64,000 nt of DNA. It comes from Octopus vulgaris (taxonomy: Eukaryota). The notes under the pieces were generated by a model. It searched no databases and was not told the DNA's origin. It saw only the letters and a list, made by a program, of their open reading frames with translations. Shown here one piece after another: positions 55,780 to 64,000 of this stretch; position 1 is the first letter of the stretch; the number at the start of each line of letters is the position of its first letter. The stretch lies in the NCBI GenBank assembly GCA_951406725.2, contig OX597832.1:7812001-7876000 (forward strand), given 5' to 3'. Position numbers and translations under genes: made by a program.

Positions 55780-56560
55780 CTGGGCTGGTACACTATGAAC
55801 ATTATATAAATCATCGGTTTTATTACGCAACAGCAATATTTTGTGTAATTCGATCAATCTGTCGGAATGTGAGTCATCCTAATGTCTTTAGTTTCGAAAT
55901 CTTAACTCAAAGCCATTGGAATGTTTTATGTGATGTATAGAAAAATTATATCTGTTCGAGGACATATGCTTCAATGTGTGTGTGTGTGTGTGTGTTTTTG
56001 TATGAATGTTACAAATATGTATATATATGTAATGTCTCTGTGTGAGTGTAAACTTTTGAAGCGCTGCTAAAAGGAAAATAATGCAGAATTCTTTCCGCTT
56101 TTGCTAACATATGTAGATTTGCACAAATATATGTCTTTTTAACGTACGGCTTCTATCAAATCGCAATCTCGTCCTGTACTTCGTTGGATTTCTGATACTT
56201 TGACATATGTAGTTTTTGTGAAGTAGGAAATTATTAGAATGCGATGATATTCCCTTTAAGTAAACGTATTTTCCCAACATAAGAAGTATTCGTTCATGTA
56301 AGTAATCTGATGATTTAAAACCAATTAATAAAGTGCCCTTCAGAGGTATTCATAAAGTCAATAGCCTTAATAAATAATGAATTGGAAATTTCGGGAGAAA
56401 TTATTGCATATTTTAGACAAAATTTACTTCATTGTAAAGACGGAATAGTAAGGATTGTATATTTTATACAATGAAAGTCTACTTCCCATGAAGCTGTAAG
56501 TCATGGATTTGTAAGCATTATTTACTGATTGCTTCTGAATAAAGAACGGAACCTAATATT

Positions 56561-57018
56561 GGGCGCAAATTTTGGCACAAGGCTTGCAATTTTGAGGGTG
56601 GTGGTAAGTCGAATATATCGACCCAGCTGCTCAACTCGCAACTATTTTGTCGACCTCGAGATAATGAAAAGCAAAGTCGATTTCGGTAAAATTTGAAGTT
56701 AGAACGTAAAGGTACACGAAGTTCTTCTAAGCATTTTATCCGACGTTCTAACGAATTTGCCAGCTCACCGCCTTAACGGGACCTAATATTCCCGAAAAGA
56801 TGAAAGACAAAGTCGACCTCGGCGGAATTTGAACTCAGAACGTAGCGGCAGACGAAATACGGTTATGCATTTCGCCCGGCGTGCTAACGTTTCTGCCAGC
56901 TCGCCGCCTTAAAGGCAAAGTCGACCTCGGCGGAATTTGAACTCAGAACGTAGCGGCAGACGAAATACCGCTAAGCATTTCGCCCGGCGTGCTAACGTTT
57001 CTGCCAGGTCGCCGTCTT
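56561..57018 (-). mobile_element. Old SINE-B plus two young 3'-truncated SINE-B heads
   Basis: Old copy at 56561-56774. Heads at 56791-56910 and 56911-57018. Confidence 0.85.
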
Positions 57019-57368
57019 AACGGAACTTAATATTTACAAGCCTAATTGTATAAGGAATAATTTGGTGACTGTAATACTGTAAATAGATCTACTATTCCTC
57101 CACTGTAATGTATTTTTATTTCACGCATAATCAAAGTATATTATTTTTGTATTGACATGAATTATCTCTCAGACGTTAAGAGATCTTATGGAAGCCTCTA
57201 TGTATTCGTTTAAACTGCTAAAAGTTGTCACCAAATTTTCTTCAACATATACCCAGCGCCAATTAAAAAGGGTAAATGCGTTTACCATGAGGACCGCTAC
57301 AATATATTTTAAACTGTTCCGAGGAGGTGCCGAGTACTACGAAAGAAAATTCTGTATTACAGATGCTA

Positions 57369-57431
<63 letters not shown>

Positions 57432-58566
57432 GAATTGTGTGTGTATCTGTGCGCATGTGTTTCCCAGTCAGCTATTTTTTCAGTATTTGATTATACTGTA
57501 ATATTTTTACGTTTACTGCTCCAGTTAGTAACAGAACGGATATACTGTACTGTATGCCATAATGCCTTAGGGCGGCGATGAAGCAGCACTCACAGCTTTT
57601 TTGCATTGACAAATTTTAAACGTGAGCTTATTGTCGCAGCTATGTTTATATGTCCAAAATGTTAGATTCTTCCCTTCTAGAGGGCAAATTTATTCATCAA
57701 GCTTTGCTATAAATTCTCATATACACAATGATTGTCAATATCATCTATTCAATATGAAACTGTATTGATTTTAATTTTCTCGATTCAATGTCTATTTTTC
57801 GATTATTTTGAAAAAACAATTTTCAGTGCTGAATTTTGTCTACTTTTTCATTTGAGCTAGTCAAGACATCAATATCAACAGCAATATTTCAAAACAATAC
57901 AGCTATGAGCCAACGAGAGACCTCCACGTGGTCGTTTTATCTGCTAGCAGCATGGACAGTAAAATCTTCCTCAAATTAAATTTTACTGTCTACATAAATT
58001 ATGATGAACACATTAGTTAATAGAAATAGAATATTTGCAGCTTGTTCATGTTTAACTATATACATATTTGATGAAGACTGAATTAGGCCTGAAGTTCCAG
58101 ATTTAATATATTAAAATTTGTTGTTATGTCTATTTAAATTCTAAATTGGAATCCAGTCTTCGGTATACTTTGTCTTTCAACTTTACAAGGGAATCGAAAT
58201 TTTCGATAGTAAAAACTTTAATGAAATCCTACATGAGATAAATCTTCCTGTCAGCTCAACAATCAATTTGAATTAAGACCCATTCGTATATTCAATAGAC
58301 AACGCTTTTCTTTATAGAATTACGAATTACTGTCTCAATTAAAAATCAACATGACGATAGAGGTGCGTATGAAACCTACTCTGACATTGTAAAATATATC
58401 CTTGGTATATCTGCATGTTTTCTAACCGTCTAGAAACAACAGCGGAATGGCTTACAGATTGTACCCTACAACGTTGAAAAGAGAGTGACTCATTGAACAA
58501 TGTACTGCAACTTTCAAGGCAGGAATCTGATTTGATCATGGATGGAAAGCATATGATGATCACCTA

Positions 58567-58782
58567 CTTCCCTTGTCTGGCTCCGATATGTCACAAATAA
58601 CGGAAACCCTCTCTTTGCAGGTCAAATTTGATTATAACGCTTACTCAGATTGTCCCTGAATGAGAAAATCTATAATCAAATTTTCTCATTCAGGGACAAT
58701 CTGAGTAAGCGGTATAATCAAAATTGACCTGGAAAGAGAGGGTTTCCGCAATTTGTAACATATGGAAGCCAGTCAAGGGAAG
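58567..58782. repeat. ~215 bp hairpin with ~103 bp arms and 10 nt loop
   Basis: The inner 32 bp are perfect: cgcttactcagattgtccctgaatgagaaaat / attttctcattcagggacaatctgagtaagcg. Confidence 0.95.
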
Positions 58783-59197
58783 TTAATGCCCATGGTCATT
58801 GTTTAGGAGTTCTGAAACTGGTTAGGAGGGCGGAAGATCGTTACCTTTCTTTCGACAGAGTGGATTCTTACAATGGATCCAAGAACAGGAACGATCCTTA
58901 TTATTGACATCCATACGGTCTACGAAATATCATTTACAAGTCTTTGGTCAACACGAAGATATAATGGTCGGTACTTATCAAAAGAATCACGTAGAAGCAT
59001 AGAAAATTAAGAGAGAAAATTTAGAATTAACACATATTATAAATCATCAATTGGATAGAGGCATGTGTAAATATATATGCATGCAAAATTAAACAAATAT
59101 TGTGTAATTCTGAGTATTTCTTTATTACATTCTCTGTTGTTGCTACTTTATTATTTTCGCTGATGTAGTTGTTGTTATTATTACTATTATTATTATT

Positions 59198-59690
59198 TCA
59201 CTGCTCAGAGCTCTTGATTTCAGTTACTCCGACGAATTCTATGATACGGGACAACAATCTGTTGTTAAGGGTCTCACAGGTCTTTTCACGATACCTAACA
59301 TCCAAGGACCAATCACAATATTCTTGCTGCCTCCAATAAAGCAGTTTTCTGAGTATGTCCAATCTTCATGTCAATCTCAATTTTTCCAATATTTTTTTCA
59401 AACCTGGCTCTTAATGCACCCAGTGCCACACCAACTACTGGGATGGTAGTTACTCTCTTTATTGCCCACATCCGTGCAGTTTCGTATTTTAGTAGCCATG
59501 TGCTTTCCAATATTTTACTGTTCTTTGTCACTCACTCGTGCATCTTCTGGTATGGCAATATTAATGATCTTGGTTTCCTTCTTCCTTTTATCATCTACAA
59601 TAACATCTGGTCTTTGACTATCAATCACTGAATGACATTGGATTGTAAAGTCACATAAGATCATATACACATTATTCTCGGTGTCGCCTT
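59198..59690 (-). mobile_element. 3' fragment of a second R4/Dong-type LINE
   Basis: LKYETARMW...IPVVGVALGAL...QKTALLEAARIL. The 3' end abuts (TAA)n on the minus strand. Confidence 0.8.
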
Positions 59691-59755
59691 CTGGTTTATG
59701 CTAGAACAAACCAACATTCGTTGTAAAGCGATGGTGGGAGTACAAACACTGATAC

Positions 59756-59797
<42 letters not shown>

Positions 59798-60075
59798 GTG
59801 TATACATACATATATTTATACAATGGGCTTCTTTCAGTTTCCACTCAAATTCCACTCACAGGGCTTTGGTCAGCCCGAGGCTATAGTAGAAGTCACTTGC
59901 TCAAGGTTCTACGCAATGTGACTGAACCCAGAACAAGGTGGTTGGATGAGATTGAAATGCATAAATATGATTTTTGTTTATAAATGCATTATTGGATACG
60001 AATAGAAACAAATTGTACGATATATATTTGTTTTAATTATTTGTTATGTTATATTACATTCTATTATATATTTTT

Positions 60076-60486
60076 ATACTCTTTTACTCTTTTACTTGTT
60101 TCAGTCATTTGACTGCGGCCATGCTGGAGCACCGCCTTTAATCGAGCAACTTGACCCCGGGACTTATTCTTTTGTAAGCCCAGTACTTCTTCTATCGAGC
60201 TCTTTTGCCGAACCGCTAAGTAACGGGGACATAACACACCAGCATCGGTTGTCAAGCAATGCTAGGGGGGGCAAACACAGACACATAAGCACACACATAT
60301 ATATATATACATATACATATATACGACGGGCTTCTTTCAGTTTCCGTCTACCAAATCCACTCACAAGGCTTTGATCGGCCCGAGGCTATTGTAGAAGACA
60401 CTTGCCCAAGGTGCCACGCAGTGGGACTGAACCCGGAACCATGTGGTTGGTAAACAAGCTACTTACCACACAGCCACTCCCGCGCC
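60076..60486 (-). mobile_element. SINE-A full-length young copy
   Basis: Reverse complement of the 54738 copy. Confidence 0.9.
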
Positions 60487-61396
60487 TATAATAGTATAAT
60501 TATATTATATTATAATGTTAATTTATATGTCGATTGTATTTCTCTATTTCCTTTAACATATATAAGGCAAACGTCTTGAAAAACTTTTAGTCGAACGAAA
60601 GAACACAAATACATATTTTTAGGCCTGTTACTTCGCTGTCTTTTATCCAAATTGTAAGTCACGCGGAAATAAACACACCATCTGTTGTCAAAGGTACGTG
60701 GGGGACAAACACAGACGCGCGTGCATACACACACATACACACACACAGACACTCAACTCATACACACAACGGGATTTCTGTTTCCGTCTGTCAGATCCAC
60801 TCAAAAGACTTTAGCCCACCCGAGGCTATTTTAGAAGCCAAGAGTCGAAAGTGTCACGCAGTGGGACTGAACCCCAAACCATGCAGTTGGGAAGAAAGCT
60901 TATTAAAGTTTACAATGGGGTATACCGAAAAATTTTAGCTGTCATTATATGCGAAATATAGATAATACATGATATATAAGATAAACTTCAAAATCTGTCA
61001 TATTTATCATATCGCATCTTAGACAGTAAATGTGGGGACGATTACACAACGCCGTTTCAATTATTCATACAACTTCAGCAGCAATCGGTTAATCTACACT
61101 TTACTGCCTCCGCAAAGCTGTATTTATAGCTAATATCATTAAACTCATAACTATATTCAGATAAGTTGAGTTGTATATTTGACAAATATTTGTCTGATAG
61201 TTCAGTTATGTAACTTACTGATGCGGCAGCGGTGTTTGCGTTCCGTATTAAAGGTAACTATGGGATGTATCCAAAGATTTTAACCCTCACTACGTAACAG
61301 ACATATGTATGTATGTCGGTAAGTATTTATGCTTGTCTGTACGTTTATGTATAACAGAATGCAACGTATATACATATATATGTGTAGTGTGTCTGC

Positions 61397-61474
61397 AATA
61401 ATAATAATAACAATAATAATAATAATGATGATAATAATAATAATTATAATAATAATAATTATAATAATAATAAT

Positions 61475-61514
<40 letters not shown>

Positions 61515-61535
61515 TTAATAATAATAATGACAATA
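61397..61535. repeat. (AAT)n microsatellite
   Basis: Direct inspection. Confidence 0.95.
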
Positions 61536-61589
61536 ATTGTTGGTATCGTTTTGTCTTGGGAGACAATGTAGTTGCTCATAAACTAATCC

Positions 61590-61960
61590 AGTCTGGATAT
61601 TTCATGTCCTCTCCAGTTTCCTTTCCAGTTTTGCGCAGGCCTGGGCTAGATGTAAGAAAATCTTGGGTAGCCCAATCGCCAGGATTCCTCTCTTGACCTT
61701 GCTGACGTAGTCCAAAGGAGTGCAGAGTATTACGTTTGGAACCAGCTTGGTTGCAGGAGCAGCCGAAAGAGCGTCGAGTCGAACACTAAACCGCGTACGG
61801 GGCTCCACTCCGGATTTTTTTGAAGGTTGTCTCCTTTCCGTAACCCGGGATAGGGGTCCGTACCGGGTACTGTCAGCCGGAGCCAGCTGAGCCTGGGACT
61901 CGTGTCAGACAGGGTCGTCACTCCCTGAAGTAGTGAAGAAAATCGTTACCCACTGCCTAC
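61590..61960 (-). mobile_element. GC-rich RTE/BovB-like LINE 5' UTR fragment
   Basis: Minus strand ggcagtgggtaacg...gtgacgaccctg...ctcctttggactacgtcagcaaggtcaagagaggaatcctggcgattgggctacccaagat resembles BovB 5' regions as I recall them. Unverified. Confidence 0.55.
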
Positions 61961-62098
<138 letters not shown>

Positions 62099-62107
62099 CT
62101 TTTCTAC

Positions 62108-62512
62108 TTTAGGAACAAAGCCCAAAATTTAGGGTAAGCAGTAAAGTCGATTACATCGATCCTAGTATTCAACTGGTACTTATTTCTTCGACCCTGAATG
62201 GGTGGAAAGCAACATCGACCTCGAAGGAACTTGAACTCAGAATGTAAAGACTTGTGTAATGCCGCTAAGCCTTTTGCTCGGAGTTCTTCCAGCTCGCCAC
62301 CTTAATAATAATGATAATAATCTTTTTCCACTAAAAGCACAAGGCCTGAAATTTGGGGAGAGGCTTAACTGATTCTTATTTTATCGATCCCGAAGGGCAG
62401 AAGACAAAGTCGACACAGTTGGAATTTGAACTTAGGACGTAAAGACGAAAGAAATACCAGTAAGAATTTTGCCCGAAGTACTAACGATTCAGCTAACGAT
62501 TCAGCCACCTTA
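62108..62512 (-). mobile_element. Two tandem old SINE-B copies
   Basis: Homologous cores separated by an (AAT)-rich linker. Confidence 0.75.
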
Positions 62513-62616
62513 GGTAACAAGAGCTATTAATAGTTCTTTGTTGGCAGATAAGTTTGAAGCAAACCTGGAGTAAAGAATGCATGTCATTACTGAAGTCGTG
62601 ATTGGCGACCAAAGTA

Positions 62617-63178
62617 TTGGGCTGTCCAGAAAGTTCGTGCCGATTTATCGTAGTTTAACTTTCCACTTATTTTAGAACATGGTTGAATCCATAAAATAGA
62701 AAATTTGACTACACCTCCATTTAGAGCACAGTTTAAGCTATATTTTCGTGGAAGAAGGTTTATGTTCCTATAACCTGTGTTAATTCTGTAACCCTTTAAA
62801 ATGGAAGATAAGAAAGTTCATTTTCGGCATTTGATACTTTGGGAGCCAGACAAAAACTGCTGCAGCTCGGCTGGGATGTGTTACCCAACCATCCATATTC
62901 TCCAGATATTGCTCCTTCTGATTTCCACTTATTCAGGTCTCTGCAGAATAAGCTTGTTGGTAAAAACTTCGATTCCTTGGATGACGTAAAAAGATACCTT
63001 GATGAATTCTTTGCCATGAAACCCCCTCAATTCTGGGAAGAGGATATTTTCAAGTTAAAGGAAAGATGGAGACGCATTGTGCAACAAAATGGTTCAAATT
63101 TGGTTGATTAAAAATGTAATGGCAAGTATGTATTGACCTTTTGCTTTCCTTTAAAAATCGGCACGAACTTTCTGGACA
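62617..63178 (+). mobile_element. Internally deleted mariner, same family as 47692; right TIR clipped
   Basis: Left TIR ttgggctgtccagaaagttcgtgccgattt. WDVLPNHPYSPDIAPSDFHLFRSLQN...LKERWRRIVQQNG. Confidence 0.95.
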
Positions 63179-63852
63179 CATTGATAAGCTTAGCTGATCG
63201 AATGATAGATGAATTATTAATCAAATAATTGTTTAGATAATTGGATAAATGTGAACGAATTGACAAATAATAACGAAAGAACTAAAATGGTTGTGCGTGT
63301 GCTTATTATTAGAATAACAACCCTCCCGTGAAAGAAGGGAATCTGATTTTTAAACACGCGAGTTCTCACAATCTTCCCAACCGAATACAAAAACAATATA
63401 TATATGTGTGTGTGTATGTGTGTGTGTGAGTGTGTGCGTGTGTAAAAGTGAGTTTATGTGTGTGTGTATATAAATTTAGATATTATACATAGTCATACAC
63501 ACATACATACGTACGTACGTACATACATGCATACATACATACATATCTGTAAGACCAGCAGAGGTGGTTATGAGATCAAAATTGAATTCAATTTAAAAAG
63601 AAACGTTATCACCTTCAACTGAATACTAACGCAGGAAGCTTGTTTCAATTATTTCAATCTGAAAACGTCGTAATTGATGGACCCTTGATGAAATTGCAGC
63701 GACTCCGATGCATAATTGCATACAGAGCAATGTGCAGTTGCTGCAGGAGAAGCATATGTTGGCCATCGATATATAAGCCGTAGAAAACATTTTAATAACA
63801 TTTTTGGATGTGAATAAATCTCCACTCTCCTTTTGGTCTTCAATTATATATA

Positions 63853-64000
63853 CGCGGTGTAGTCAAAAAGTATCCGACCTTTGGCCAAAAAATACAAGTA
63901 ATATTTAAAAAGTCACCATTTTGATTTAGTCTCCTTCAAAGTATTCGCCTTGGAATACTACACACTTCTGCCAGCGTTCCTGCCGCTGCTGGAAACATTT
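63853..64000 (-). mobile_element. Mariner transposase C-terminus and TIR of a different family (runs off the window)
   Basis: KCFQQRQERWQKCVVFQGEYFEGD* with the stop at 63926-63928. TA followed by cgcggtgtagtcaaaaagtatccgac forms the end. Confidence 0.9.

Noticed and set aside
63600-63843. Minus-strand open frames of ~65-70 aa
   Set aside because: No identifiable motif; the length is expected by chance.

Overview
AT-rich, microsatellite-saturated eukaryotic non-coding DNA. I see no supportable host exon, rRNA, tRNA gene or CRISPR. The SINE repertoire and simple-repeat load point to a cephalopod, probably Octopus (inference). Almost all ORFs in the track are simple-repeat artefacts. The real content is transposon-derived: (1) three or more tRNA-derived SINE families in dozens of copies; (2) a 5'-truncated Penelope-like element (RT + GIY-YIG) with an inverted pLTR; (3) a ~3.6 kb decayed R4/Dong-type LINE ending in (TAA)n; (4) fragments of RTE, BovB-like, CR1/L2-like and R2/NeSL-like LINEs; (5) non-autonomous Helitrons; (6) deleted mariner/Tc1 elements; (7) two foldback palindromes and a ~1.03 kb tandem duplication. 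The most interesting signals are minimal hammerhead-ribozyme motifs in Penelope-type fragments (best at 20008-20086 + and 30010-30128 -). A second is a SINE family forming 184-bp concatemers with the same junction at two loci, whose 3' stem-loop tail matches a LINE-like 3' end also present in the window. All family assignments come from motif recognition by eye, not database searches, and boundaries of old elements are approximate.
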